Positions 18,454 through 27,533 of a stretch of DNA of 41,780 nt are shown in pieces. The DNA is taken from positions 1 through 41,780 of IMG/VR virus record IMGVR_UViG_3300022407_003708; one strand, given 5' to 3'. The notes beneath the pieces are model-generated. The model made no database searches. It was not told where the DNA came from and saw nothing but the letters and a program-made list of their open reading frames with translations. Every line of letters starts with the position of its first letter. Within the stretch, counting starts at the first letter, position 1. The position numbers and the translations under genes were made by a program. The stretch is from a virus (Duplodnaviria; Caudoviricetes).

Positions 18454-19482
18454 TTACTCGTCGTTGGTCAGAACGGTGCGGGTGCCCAGCTCGTCGTCAA
18501 CTGGGGAAATGACGCCATCCAGCTCCAGGCGGTCAATGGCAGTTTCCACCAGGTCTGTCTCGATGTCGAAGGCAACGGCCAGGGCGCCCACGCTCACGCG
18601 GCCATCCAGGATCACCTTGGTTTTGATTTCGGCGTAAAGCTCGTCCGTCAAGACCTGGGCAACCTTCGGTGCATCGTCGTCATCGAACGACAGCGGGGTA
18701 TCGCCACCGCCGGCCGTGCTGCCCGCGTCCTTGGTTTCAACCTTGGTCGCGCGCACGATCTGGTATTCGCCCTTATCATCCAGCGCGATATGACCCAGCT
18801 CGGCCAGCTTGGCCTGTACAGCCTTGGCTTTCGGGCCGCCGATTTTCAGGTGGTTTTGCAGCGATGAGGCGCCGCACACCTGTTGCTTTTTGACGAACTC
18901 GATAGCGTCAGCCACCAGCTTTTCCGGCAGTTCGATAGGCTTGGCGGCGATGGCTTTTGCAGACGTCGGGCTTTCGACCTTCGGCGCAGCTTTGCCCTTA
19001 CCACCCTTTCCAGCCGGGGCTGGTGCGTCATCAAGCGGCAGTGACTTTTGATCCCTGTCCGCCTGGATATTGTCCAGGCCCTGGAAGTAGTTCATGTCGT
19101 GCAGCAGGATAATTGCCTTCTGCTTTTTGTGGGCCATATCCATAAGCTGGTAACGGCCTGGGTCGTCGCTGGCGATGATGCCGGTCAACTTGAGTTCTTT
19201 GCCGGTGTCCAGCTTCTGCAACAACAGGGGAACCTGGATAACTTCGGCTCCCACCAGGATGCTTGCAGCGGTGTAAACCGTGGCCTTGAGGTCGCTTTGC
19301 AGCTTGGCGTTTACCGCGTCCTGTTGCTGCTGGCCCAGGTCGTTATAGACCTTGGTTTGGGCGCGCATCTGGTCGATACAGGCCTGGACCAGATCGTGCA
19401 GCATGAATTCGGCGGCTTGCTCCATTGGCAACAGGCCGGCGTCTTTTGCTGCTTGCAGTACGGCTTTTTGTGCGAGATTCAT
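18454..19482 (-). CDS. Phage protein with two FtsK-gamma-like winged-helix domains
   Basis: 'DAIEFVKKQQVCGASSLQNHLKIG..KA' and 'LYAEIKTKVILDGRVSV...AIDRLELDGVISP'. Confidence 0.65.
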   Translation of the reverse strand: MNLAQKAVLQAAKDAGLLPMEQAAEFMLHDLVQACIDQMRAQTKVYNDLGQQQQDAVNAKLQSDLKATVYTAASILVGAEVIQVPLLLQKLDTGKELKLTGIIASDDPGRYQLMDMAHKKQKAIILLHDMNYFQGLDNIQADRDQKSLPLDDAPAPAGKGGKGKAAPKVESPTSAKAIAAKPIELPEKLVADAIEFVKKQQVCGASSLQNHLKIGGPKAKAVQAKLAELGHIALDDKGEYQIVRATKVETKDAGSTAGGGDTPLSFDDDDAPKVAQVLTDELYAEIKTKVILDGRVSVGALAVAFDIETDLVETAIDRLELDGVISPVDDELGTRTVLTNDE

Positions 19483-19528
19483 ACAGTTATCCTTTGGTCA
19501 TGAGGGTTTTTTACTGCGGTGTTGCGGG

Positions 19529-20449
19529 TTACTCCATCACCGGGAGTTTGTCGGTTTTCACTTCCTCGACGTTGGCGCTTGGATCAGGCGTTGCGTTCTT
19601 CGCAGCCTTGGCGCCATCAGCCTTTTTTTCGCTTTCGGCTTTGATTTCGCCGGTTTCTTTGTCCAGGGTTTCACCTTCGCCCATCTGCACGTCGAAGCGC
19701 TCGCCGGTCATGTTGTCCACCACGATACCGCCGTCGATGGTGACGCCACGGCCCTGTTCGGCGGCGATGTTCACCTCTACGGCGTTGCTCACCTCGACGG
19801 AACACGGCATGTATTTCAGCACCTGCAACAGCGGTACCTTGCGCGCGTACATTTCCCAGTCGCGGAAGCTGTAGTGGCGGGAACCCACCTTGTTGTACTG
19901 GTCGCGGTGCTTGACGATCTTGGCCACGCGCCACAGCTCAATGATGGGCATCGCCGAATCCTTCACCCAACCGATGGCATAGGCGTGCGTGATGTCCTCG
20001 GCCGCGTGCAAATCGGTTTCGTTGTGAATGACCAGATCGCGGCGGGCACCATCGGTAAAGGTGTATTCCTGGTCCTTGAAGATCACCCCGGTGAACACCG
20101 TCCCTCGGCCGCTGCGGGAAACCAGATCCACCAAGCCTTTCCAGCCAGGGACAAACGTGCAGGTGTCTTTGTACGGGATCAGGTACCCGGCGCCGTTCAC
20201 ACCCGGTTCCAGGCCCAGCTGGGCGGCGGTCATGATCGATGCCGCGATGCTTTGGTGCGTGCACTTCTGGAGCTGCGGCGACGTGCTGAACGCGGTCAGG
20301 GCCAGCCGCGTCATGCGGTCGGCGGTGAGGTGCTTGGGCAGCGCCAGGGCCATCTGGCCTTTAACCTTGTCCATGAAGTCAGACAGTTGTTTCACAGGCG
20401 ATGCAACGCGCTGGCCTGTTACTTGTTCTTTGAGCTGGTTGGTAGACAT
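19529..20449 (-). CDS. recT: RecT-family single-strand annealing recombinase
   Basis: 'ALPKHLTADRMTR', 'AAQLGLEPG..GAGYLIPY', 'GWKGLVDL..RSG' and 'MYARKV'. Confidence 0.93.
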   Translation of the reverse strand: MSTNQLKEQVTGQRVASPVKQLSDFMDKVKGQMALALPKHLTADRMTRLALTAFSTSPQLQKCTHQSIAASIMTAAQLGLEPGVNGAGYLIPYKDTCTFVPGWKGLVDLVSRSGRGTVFTGVIFKDQEYTFTDGARRDLVIHNETDLHAAEDITHAYAIGWVKDSAMPIIELWRVAKIVKHRDQYNKVGSRHYSFRDWEMYARKVPLLQVLKYMPCSVEVSNAVEVNIAAEQGRGVTIDGGIVVDNMTGERFDVQMGEGETLDKETGEIKAESEKKADGAKAAKNATPDPSANVEEVKTDKLPVME

Positions 20450-20459
20450 AGGTCACCCC

Positions 20460-21362
20460 TCACTTTTTCAGACGCAAAACGCGGCTGCTGGTGGTTTTTT
20501 CGAATTTGCCGGCGATACGTGGATGTGTGGCCCGGAAACGGTCGAGGTCAAAACGCTTAGTGTTTTGAGCTTTCCAGGTCAGCAACTGCCGTGCGCCATA
20601 AGATAGCGCACTTGCATCTAACATAAAAAGTTTTATCTCATCAGCCAGGTCGTTGCACTCCGAATCAAGGAATTTCAATTCTTTGGTCTTGGCTTTCAGG
20701 TCGTTGAACACCCGCAATATGTGGTCGGTCGCCTGTATCTTTTTGCCGTTGTCCTTGGGGAACATGCGCAACACGTCGCTGACCTTGGTAGCCGGCGGCG
20801 GGTCATTGCGCTGGATGCGGTCCCAAAATTCCACCTCGGCTTCGCGTATGCCGGCGATAACTTCCTCGTCCCTGAACACCTCATAGACCCGGAAGTCATC
20901 AATGCCCAGCATCACGGGAAACAACGTGCTTGGCGCGTCGGTGACCATCATCCCGTGTTGCCCCTGGGCGTTGTAATACACCGGGATTTGGTCGGTAAGC
21001 TCGTTGCCCCAGTCGTTGCGGTCGTAATAGTCGAACGTGGTTTTCGCCTCGACGTTGCGGCCACAGGTGGTTTCGGCGTCGATTTCAGCGGCAATGAACG
21101 GGTGGGTTTTGTCGATGTACCGGTGGTTGCGGTGGGTGACCTGGATGTCGTGTTCCATGCAAAGCATGTCGATCACATACGGCTCCAGGCGCTTGCCACG
21201 GTTGAGGATCTTTAGGCGGCCCTCGTCGGTGATGGGCTGCTGGCCAACCGTCTTATCCAGGAACACATCCAGCGGTGTGCGCCACGGGCTCAAGCCCAGG
21301 ATGGCGGATATATCGCCGCTGCCCAGGTACGTTTTACGATCGATGTCACCTACGTTTTTCAC
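20460..21362 (-). CDS. YqaJ-like viral exonuclease/recombinase
   Basis: 'DRKTYLGSGDISAILGLSPWRTP', 'G.RLEP', 'EAKT' and 'PVYYNAQGQH'; adjacent to recT. Confidence 0.92.
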   Translation of the reverse strand: MKNVGDIDRKTYLGSGDISAILGLSPWRTPLDVFLDKTVGQQPITDEGRLKILNRGKRLEPYVIDMLCMEHDIQVTHRNHRYIDKTHPFIAAEIDAETTCGRNVEAKTTFDYYDRNDWGNELTDQIPVYYNAQGQHGMMVTDAPSTLFPVMLGIDDFRVYEVFRDEEVIAGIREAEVEFWDRIQRNDPPPATKVSDVLRMFPKDNGKKIQATDHILRVFNDLKAKTKELKFLDSECNDLADEIKLFMLDASALSYGARQLLTWKAQNTKRFDLDRFRATHPRIAGKFEKTTSSRVLRLKK

Positions 21363-21694
21363 GGCTGCGATTCCTCGGTGTTGGTCGGCTCCCCTTCTAC
21401 CACGGGTTGTCTGGCCAGGAACACGCGGAGATTGAATTTCCCGCTTTTGCGACGACGGACAGGCATGAACAGATAGGTACCGCCCAGCATTTCGTCGATT
21501 TTTTCCTGGCTGGCCCAGCCAAGCATGGTGCCCGGCATTTCGGCCTGCATGTCCACCCGGGCGACGACGCGCAGGTGTTCGGCCATAACCTCGGTGAGGT
21601 CTTTTACGGAAACCTCGACGTGGGTTTGGTGGCGGGAGATTGCCCGGTGCATTTCCGCCAGGACAAAGGAGGCTGCTTTACTCATGCGATTCAC
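21359..21694 (-). CDS. Hypothetical protein
   Basis: ORF overlapping the yqaJ-like start; start codon uncertain. Confidence 0.65.
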   Translation of the reverse strand: MNRMSKAASFVLAEMHRAISRHQTHVEVSVKDLTEVMAEHLRVVARVDMQAEMPGTMLGWASQEKIDEMLGGTYLFMPVRRRKSGKFNLRVFLARQPVVEGEPTNTEESQP

Positions 21695-21785
21695 CGCGGG
21701 CGATTTTGCACAGGTGGAAGTGACGGCAAAGCACCGCGGCGAGTACCACCGACAGCGCGAGCCAGGTCAGAAAGAAAGTGGTCAT

Positions 21786-22241
21786 TTATTCAGGCCTCGC
21801 CAGATCCAGCTCAACCAGGATTTCGCTTACCAACCCGTTCAGGTCGGAGCCCTCGCAGCGAAATTCGTCAGGCTCTACCGGACATTCGCAGCCCATCGCT
21901 TCGGACTGGTTGTAACGGTCGAACACCGCGTGCACCTTGGCCCACCGTTCCTGGCCCAGCTCAACCTCGTAGGCACCGGTCTGGAACAGGTGAAGCGAAC
22001 CACCAATGTCCAGCAGCATCATGCAAAGGTTGGCCACATCGGCCGCGTATTCGCGCATGCCGTCCGGGTTCATGTCGGTCATGGCCTTTGACAGTTTCGA
22101 GACGTGATATTCAATCTCGCCCAGGGCCTGTTCTTCGGTCATCTGCAACCAGCCTTCGCGGTCACCCTTGTGGGAGTTGGCGTGCAGTTCCTTTTCCATC
22201 AGCGCCATGAACGGGCGCAGCACTTCGGCATATTTGCTCAT
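21786..22241 (-). CDS. Hypothetical protein, possibly MazG/NTP-pyrophosphatase fold
   Basis: 'MEKELHANSHKG..GW' and 'EYAADVANLCMM'; ATGA coupling. Confidence 0.6.
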   Translation of the reverse strand: MSKYAEVLRPFMALMEKELHANSHKGDREGWLQMTEEQALGEIEYHVSKLSKAMTDMNPDGMREYAADVANLCMMLLDIGGSLHLFQTGAYEVELGQERWAKVHAVFDRYNQSEAMGCECPVEPDEFRCEGSDLNGLVSEILVELDLARPE

Positions 22242-22684
22242 GGTTTCACCTTGATCAGATCGCGGATGTCAGACGCCAAACGCCCGCGCGGGTTGAGGGC
22301 GGCCAGGGCTTGCTCAAGCAGGCGCGTAGCCAGGGCCAGCTGTGCGCGCACCTCCACGTCTGCCGATGGCGGCGGCCGGATGAAAAGTTCGGTACCCACA
22401 GGAAGATCCTCGACAGCCCACCCGACTGTTGGGTGACGGTGCATGTGCCGCACTTCCTGGAAGCCGCACACCGTAGCCACCGGGTAGTTCGGCTGCAACA
22501 TGGACAGGATTTTGTCGCGCAACTCCTCGGCTTGCTCGGCAGTGGCGCCATAGCACTCGACACGGCTGTACCAAGTGCGCTTTTTCGAATCGTTCGGGAA
22601 CTGGTCGGCGCCGTGCACATCAATGCCGGCCCCAAAGTTTCCGCAATCGCCTACCGGGTCGGTTTCACCCTTCAAAAATTCCAT
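22238..22684 (-). CDS. Hypothetical protein (148 aa)
   Basis: GAGGA SD before ATG 22684 (MEFLKGETD...). Confidence 0.7.
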   Translation of the reverse strand: MEFLKGETDPVGDCGNFGAGIDVHGADQFPNDSKKRTWYSRVECYGATAEQAEELRDKILSMLQPNYPVATVCGFQEVRHMHRHPTVGWAVEDLPVGTELFIRPPPSADVEVRAQLALATRLLEQALAALNPRGRLASDIRDLIKVKP

Positions 22685-22686
22685 GA

Positions 22687-22863
22687 TCAATCCTCGTTTG
22701 GGAGCGCGGTGTTCCAGGCATCGCACTTGGGGCAATTGCCGTGGCGGGCGCGCCAGACTTTGGCGTCGGTGAAGCACTTGCAGTTGCTGCACTGCACCAT
22801 CACCGGTTCATCGGGTGGGTCGAGCGGCGGGCCGCCCACGTACACAGGGTTGGAGGGCTTCAC
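22687..22863 (-). CDS. Small zinc-ribbon protein (58 aa)
   Basis: GTGA-coupled start; CSNC...CPKC. Confidence 0.6.
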   Translation of the reverse strand: MKPSNPVYVGGPPLDPPDEPVMVQCSNCKCFTDAKVWRARHGNCPKCDAWNTALPNED

Positions 22864-23063
22864 GATTGCACCCACTGCCAAAAGGCGCCGGGCCAGCCAT
22901 GGAACGCCGACAGCACCACCAGCCCAACGGCAAGCAGGGTGCCAACCAGATCGGGCCAGCGCACGCGGTCGGCGCCGGGAATGTTGTTCTCGCCCAGCGC
23001 CTTTTGACGGGCAATGTGCGCTTTGACGGCTTCGGGCGATGCCCGTTTGGCTTGGCGTTTCAT
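22860..23063 (-). CDS. Small membrane protein
   Basis: Basic N-terminus with one TM segment; ATGA coupling. Confidence 0.65.
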   Translation of the reverse strand: MKRQAKRASPEAVKAHIARQKALGENNIPGADRVRWPDLVGTLLAVGLVVLSAFHGWPGAFWQWVQS

Positions 23064-23575
23064 CGACGACTCCCCTTTGACTTGAGCAGGTGTTGCGCCA
23101 TGGACGCAGCAATCTCACCGCGCAGCATGCGTTCCTGAGCATCCAGCGGCATGCGGTCCCAGGCTTGGCGCGTCATCCCGTAGGCAACATCACCCGCAGG
23201 CGTGACGAAGTGGAAGCGCATTTGCTCCTCGTAATACACGACCTTCGAACGGTTGGGCTCAATCTCCAGCACGGAATAGGCCACCGCGCTGGCCAGTTCG
23301 CCAGGGAGTGCAAAATCAATGAAGTCATCCACGTTTGAGCGCGGCGGGAACGGGTAGTAGGGACGATCAAGCGATGCGACGTGCACCGTGCGCGGATGGA
23401 GCGCCACAAAGTCATCACCCAGCACACGGGCAACGAGGCGCAACGCCTGCTCATTGGTGTACATCTGCTGGTGCAAGGAACTGATGGTGTCCAGTTGCTT
23501 GCCGATTTGAGCGCCGAATTCTTCCAGGGCCGAACGCATGGCGCGCTTCTGGTTACGACCGAAACGGCGGCTCAT
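23060..23575 (-). CDS. Hypothetical phage protein
   Basis: 171 aa beginning 'MSRRFGRNQKR'; coupled to neighbours at both ends. Confidence 0.75.
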   Translation of the reverse strand: MSRRFGRNQKRAMRSALEEFGAQIGKQLDTISSLHQQMYTNEQALRLVARVLGDDFVALHPRTVHVASLDRPYYPFPPRSNVDDFIDFALPGELASAVAYSVLEIEPNRSKVVYYEEQMRFHFVTPAGDVAYGMTRQAWDRMPLDAQERMLRGEIAASMAQHLLKSKGSRR

Positions 23576-24000
23576 TCGTGCGCACCTGTCAGTGGGTTGA
23601 AGCGGTAAGCGCCATCCTCGGCAATGGCAGGGCGCACCCCGTTCTCATCGGCGCGAGCATCCACACGGCTGCGACCATTGATCGCGCGGACCAGACCACG
23701 GTCGATGGCCTCCAGCTTGGCAATGTTGGTTTCGATGACGTAGGCCTGCCACGGTCCGGCATCGATGGCGCCGAGGTGATAGGCCGTGTCGACCAGCTCA
23801 CGCGCTGCGCACAGATTTTCCTGGGCAGTCAGTGGCCAGTTGGGGTTCTTCGCAAAGCCCAGTAGCAGCTCGTAACGTTCCTGCAATACCTGCGGGAGCG
23901 CGCGCGGGATGTGGGCCGTGGCTTTGCCGGATTCGTGCGGGTACTTGGCCACCGCTTCGGCCAGGGCGGCCTCGGCCAATGCGCGTTGTTCTTCGTTCAT
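23572..24000 (-). CDS. Hypothetical protein (142 aa)
   Basis: CTGGAG SD before ATG 24000 (MNEEQRALAE...). Confidence 0.7.
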   Translation of the reverse strand: MNEEQRALAEAALAEAVAKYPHESGKATAHIPRALPQVLQERYELLLGFAKNPNWPLTAQENLCAARELVDTAYHLGAIDAGPWQAYVIETNIAKLEAIDRGLVRAINGRSRVDARADENGVRPAIAEDGAYRFNPLTGAHE

Positions 24001-24031
24001 GGTCATCACTCCAGGGTGTTCGGTACCGACA

Positions 24032-24052
24032 AAGCCCGCACAGGGCGGGCTT
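24032..24052 (-). terminator. Hairpin / weak terminator after the first leftward gene
   Basis: AAGCCCGC-CCTGT-GCGGGCTT followed by a short T tract. Confidence 0.5.
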
Positions 24053-24070
24053 GGGTATGGCTGCTGGTGG

Positions 24071-24271
24071 TTATTCGGTGTAGGCGATGGCGTCGAACTC
24101 ATCTTCCGACAGCTCATCGCGGGCGGCCTGGATGGTGGCGGCGAACTCGACTTGTTCCTCATCGGTGAACAGGTCGCCGAATTCGCTGATGTCGTCGTCC
24201 ATGTGGAAAAAACGATCTTCGGCGTACAGGCGGGCTACCAGGGTTTTGAAGTTGTCGGCTGCGGTGGTCAT
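24071..24271 (-). CDS. Small, highly acidic protein (66 aa), first gene of the leftward arm
   Basis: AAGGA SD; 19 D/E versus 4 K/R. Confidence 0.8.
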   Translation of the reverse strand: MTTAADNFKTLVARLYAEDRFFHMDDDISEFGDLFTDEEQVEFAATIQAARDELSEDEFDAIAYTE

Positions 24272-24313
24272 GGTCGGTTCCTTGCGGGCTGGTCGGTGCG
24301 TTTCGATGAGTCA

Positions 24314-24342
24314 AAGGTATGCCAGTAATGCACTTGCGTCAA
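24314..24342 (-). promoter_or_regulatory. Leftward early sigma70 promoter
   Basis: TTGACG-17 bp-TACCTT, with a TGCACTTGCG box overlapping the -35/spacer. Confidence 0.78.
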
Positions 24343-24381
24343 ATGCTTTTTGTCGCGCATAAATAAAAAATGTTTCGTTCG

Positions 24382-24410
24382 TTGCAAACTGATTAGCTTA
24401 GGGATAAATT
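24382..24410 (+). promoter_or_regulatory. Rightward early sigma70 promoter
   Basis: TTGCAA-17 bp-TAAATT with an AT-rich UP-like tract upstream. Confidence 0.72.
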
Positions 24411-24439
24411 GACGCCACTAAGCCATTGGAGGAAAGACG

Positions 24440-24640
24440 GTGAATCTCAAACAAAGTATCAAGATGGGCTTGGCCAAGCGCCAAATGCGCCAGGGTGACC
24501 TGGCTACACAGATCGGCATGCGGGCATCCAGCCTAAGTGCCTCGGCACAACGCAACTCTTGCAGCATTCAAGTTTTGGAGCGCATCGCCGCCGCCCTGGA
24601 CATGAAAGTTAGCGAATTTGTTGCCCTCGGTGAGGATTGA
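24440..24640 (+). CDS. XRE/Cro-like HTH regulator
   Basis: GGAGGA SD; 'MRQGDLATQIGMRASSLS...LERIAAALDMKVSEF'. Confidence 0.88.
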   Translation: MNLKQSIKMGLAKRQMRQGDLATQIGMRASSLSASAQRNSCSIQVLERIAAALDMKVSEFVALGED

Positions 24641-24675
24641 CATGAATGGACAACCCACAAGCGGAGGTCAGTAGC

Positions 24676-25605
24676 ATGGCGCGCATCCGTTCAATCAAGC
24701 CGGAATTCTGGACAAGCGAACAGGTCATGGAGTCGTCGCCGCTGGCGCGCCTGCTGTTCCTTGGCATCTGGAATTTCTGCGACGACAGCGGCGTTCATCC
24801 GCTCAAACCTGTGTCGCTTAAGGCGCTGATCTTTCCCGGTGATGACATTGATTCGACGACTATTCGACGACTCCTCGACGAGCTATCGGCGAATGGTCTG
24901 GTAGTGCTCTATGCGGTCGGTGAAAAGGAGTACCTACAGGTTACCGGCTGGCACCATCAGCGCATCGATAAACCTACGTACAAATACCCAATAGCAGAAA
25001 AAGGAATTCCTTTAAAAACAAAGACATCACCAAAAAAATTCGACGAGCCCTCTAATAACACTACAAGACCGCTCGTAGAGGACTCGGATACGGAGAGGAG
25101 AGGAGGAAATCAAGAACACTCCATCAAATTCGATTTGAAGGGCTCATTTGCCACTTTCTGGAAGCTCTACCCACGCAAAGTTGGCAAAGCAGCAGCAGAA
25201 AAGAAGTTCGCCACCAAGTGCAAAGACCAAGAAACCTTCGAACTGATCATTGCCAGCACCGGGGACCACATCGCCCACGCCTGGAACCTTGCAGAAATGA
25301 ATTTCATACCCCATGCCGCTACTTGGTTGAATCAAGAGCGGTGGAACGACGAGGTGTCGCATGTCAGACCAACCAACACCAACCGACAAGGAAGTGGGCC
25401 AGCTAGCCTTAGCCTCGTTGATCAAGTCCGCCAACGTAACGAACAGCGAGAGGCTGAGCGATCCAGAGCGGCGGGACAAAATCCTGCGCAGTCAGCCGAA
25501 CTATTCGATTCCCCAATGGAAGAAAACCGAGACGGACGAGATTGGGAGGGAGAATTTGCCCGCATCTCCGACCGCGATGGGAAAATTGTGGATCCTGATG
25601 ACTGA
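24676..25605 (+). CDS. Phage replication initiator (lambda O-like)
   Basis: GGAGG SD; 'MARIRSIKPEFW' N-terminus; C-terminal 'FWKLYPRKVGK..A' and 'PHAATWLNQERWND'. Confidence 0.85.
   Translation: MARIRSIKPEFWTSEQVMESSPLARLLFLGIWNFCDDSGVHPLKPVSLKALIFPGDDIDSTTIRRLLDELSANGLVVLYAVGEKEYLQVTGWHHQRIDKPTYKYPIAEKGIPLKTKTSPKKFDEPSNNTTRPLVEDSDTERRGGNQEHSIKFDLKGSFATFWKLYPRKVGKAAAEKKFATKCKDQETFELIIASTGDHIAHAWNLAEMNFIPHAATWLNQERWNDEVSHVRPTNTNRQGSGPASLSLVDQVRQRNEQREAERSRAAGQNPAQSAELFDSPMEENRDGRDWEGEFARISDRDGKIVDPDD
24851..25140 (+). promoter_or_regulatory. Candidate replication origin (iteron-like repeats plus an A-rich tract) within the initiator gene
   Basis: ATTCGACGACT at 24851 and 24862, CTCGACGAGCT at 24874, ATTCGACGAGC at 25038; A-rich at ~24970-25060. 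Confidence 0.45.
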
Positions 25606-26188
25606 CATCTACGGCCACAAGTGGACCAGCGTCCACGGCCTGGAGGATAACGGGACGTGGGGCAAGATCCTTGGCGGCCTCACAGCTCGCCAGTTCGCCG
25701 ATGGCCTGCGCAAGTGGACCGACCAGAAGACGGAAGCGTCCGAATGGCCACCGGATGCAATCACGTTGCGCAACCTGTGCTTGGAGGGAAGCGCCACGCT
25801 GGGCATCCCGACACCGGAAAAGGCGTGGCGCGAAGCCGTGGAGGCCAGCACCGACCCGAACACCTGGAAGTTCAGCCACTTGATCGTCCAGGAAGCCGCA
25901 CGCCTCACCGACTGGTACAGCATCCGCACCGGCACGCCCAGCGGTGACGCTGTACAAAAGCGATTCTTCAAGCGGTACGCCGATCTGACAGCGAAGTGGC
26001 AACGCGGTGAACAGCTGATCGACCAGCAGTTGCTGTTGACCCAGGAACTTGCCCAGGACGAACGCGAGCGCGCCGAGGAGCTGAACGACTTTGTGGTCAA
26101 GCAGCGAATCCGCGACCAGGGCTTAGACAAGAAATCACCGGAACAACTGCGCGCCGAGCTGCGCGAAAAGCTGGGGATCAAGCGATGA
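25361..26188 (+). CDS. Replication protein P-like (putative helicase loader); start may be 25577
   Basis: 'LWILMTDIYGHKWTS.HG', 'WPPDAITLRNLC', 'GIPTPEKAWREA' and 'SHLIV'; follows the O-like gene. Confidence 0.75.
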   Translation: MSDQPTPTDKEVGQLALASLIKSANVTNSERLSDPERRDKILRSQPNYSIPQWKKTETDEIGRENLPASPTAMGKLWILMTDIYGHKWTSVHGLEDNGTWGKILGGLTARQFADGLRKWTDQKTEASEWPPDAITLRNLCLEGSATLGIPTPEKAWREAVEASTDPNTWKFSHLIVQEAARLTDWYSIRTGTPSGDAVQKRFFKRYADLTAKWQRGEQLIDQQLLLTQELAQDERERAEELNDFVVKQRIRDQGLDKKSPEQLRAELREKLGIKR

Positions 26189-26349
26189 AACCGAAAGTCA
26201 CACCGATGAAACGGGAAATGGCCGATTACTGGAAGTTCATGTGCCACGGCATTCGACCTGATGGTGTCGATGCCTACGGCTTCGGCCAGACCATCGAGCA
26301 GGCTTACCAAGCGTGGCTTGAGTACGACGAAACCGATATTCCGTTCTAA
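26185..26349 (+). CDS. 54-aa protein ending in an SSB-like acidic DIPF tail (absent from the ORF track)
   Basis: ATGA-coupled to the P-like stop; translation ...GFGQTIEQAYQAWLEYDETDIPF*. Confidence 0.75.
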   Translation: MKPKVTPMKREMADYWKFMCHGIRPDGVDAYGFGQTIEQAYQAWLEYDETDIPF

Positions 26350-26374
26350 CCGACCGCAGCACCTGGAGCTAAGC

Positions 26375-26635
26375 ATGAAATCGAAACAGGAAATCCACGA
26401 CCGCATCGCCAAAGACCTACAGGCACTGCTTGAATTCGCCAAGCCGACCTGCATGAACGAAGCCCTAGACGTGATCGCTATGCACATCGAAGCCGGCGGC
26501 ATCTACTTGGCTGCGGCCGCGAGCCGTAAGCAGTCCGCCGACGCGCTGCGCACCATTGCCAACTACGTCAACGAAGTGGAATTGCCCACCGTTGCCATCG
26601 TGGCGCCGCAGCCACTGACCAATACCAAGCACTGA
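26375..26635 (+). CDS. Hypothetical protein (86 aa)
   Basis: CTGGAG SD before ATG 26375. Confidence 0.7.
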   Translation: MKSKQEIHDRIAKDLQALLEFAKPTCMNEALDVIAMHIEAGGIYLAAAASRKQSADALRTIANYVNEVELPTVAIVAPQPLTNTKH

Positions 26636-26662
26636 TCAACCGACCAACCTGGAGTACGACCC

Positions 26663-27457
26663 ATGACACAGACCACCGAAGAACTGGCCCGCGAAATGTA
26701 CGAACAGCTCGCCGCCATCCGCAAAGCCCGCAAGCATCCGATCATGACGCGCAACTTCGAAGACGACCTGGAAGCCTACCTGGAAGCCTTGCGCGTTGAC
26801 GCATCCAAAAGCCAAGCCCGAATTGGCGAACTGTACAGCGAGGTTCAGCAGTGGAAAGACATTTCCACGGACCTGCGCGCCAGCCTTGAGAAAGCATCCG
26901 ACGAGCGCGGCGACCTGGCTGTGCAGCTGGATCACGCCAACCGCATGGTGGAGGTCTACAGCGAAGCGTTCGACGGGCAGAAGATGCGCACCCAAAACGC
27001 CCTGCGCGAAGGCCGCCAGCTGTTCGACAGCGAACGCGCCATGCGCCAAAGCTATGAACACCTGACAGACGTGCACGAACATGACTACGCAAAGCTCCAG
27101 GACGCCCTGTCAAAGCTCGCCAGACAAACACAGACCATAATCGCCCTGCACACGGTCATCATTGACTCCCAAAACGCCCTGACGAGCTTACAGGCCCGCT
27201 TGCGCCGCACTGAGCAGGACAGCTTGGGCCAGGAAAAAGAGCTGACGCGCCAAATCTTGAAGGCCGAGGCACTGAGCGACGACCGTTGGGAACAGCTGGA
27301 GGAGAAACAGAAACTCATCGTTGTGCAGCGAAAACACATTGAAAACCTGACGTTTGACCTGGTTGCAGCCCGTAAACCCGTGCTTAAAGCCAATTTCCTC
27401 ACGAATTTGTGGGGCAAAAAGCGCACGCCCAAGCCTCTCCCGAAAAAAACCAACTGA
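26663..27457 (+). CDS. Coiled-coil hypothetical protein
   Basis: 264 aa, heptad-rich, basic C-terminus; CTGGAG SD. Confidence 0.75.
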   Translation: MTQTTEELAREMYEQLAAIRKARKHPIMTRNFEDDLEAYLEALRVDASKSQARIGELYSEVQQWKDISTDLRASLEKASDERGDLAVQLDHANRMVEVYSEAFDGQKMRTQNALREGRQLFDSERAMRQSYEHLTDVHEHDYAKLQDALSKLARQTQTIIALHTVIIDSQNALTSLQARLRRTEQDSLGQEKELTRQILKAEALSDDRWEQLEEKQKLIVVQRKHIENLTFDLVAARKPVLKANFLTNLWGKKRTPKPLPKKTN

Positions 27458-27533
27458 CAGAAACTGTAATCCCTTCAACGACTTAAAAGCGTTTGGGGGG
27501 ATTCTCATAGATGCTAAAAATGGAGCTTACCCC

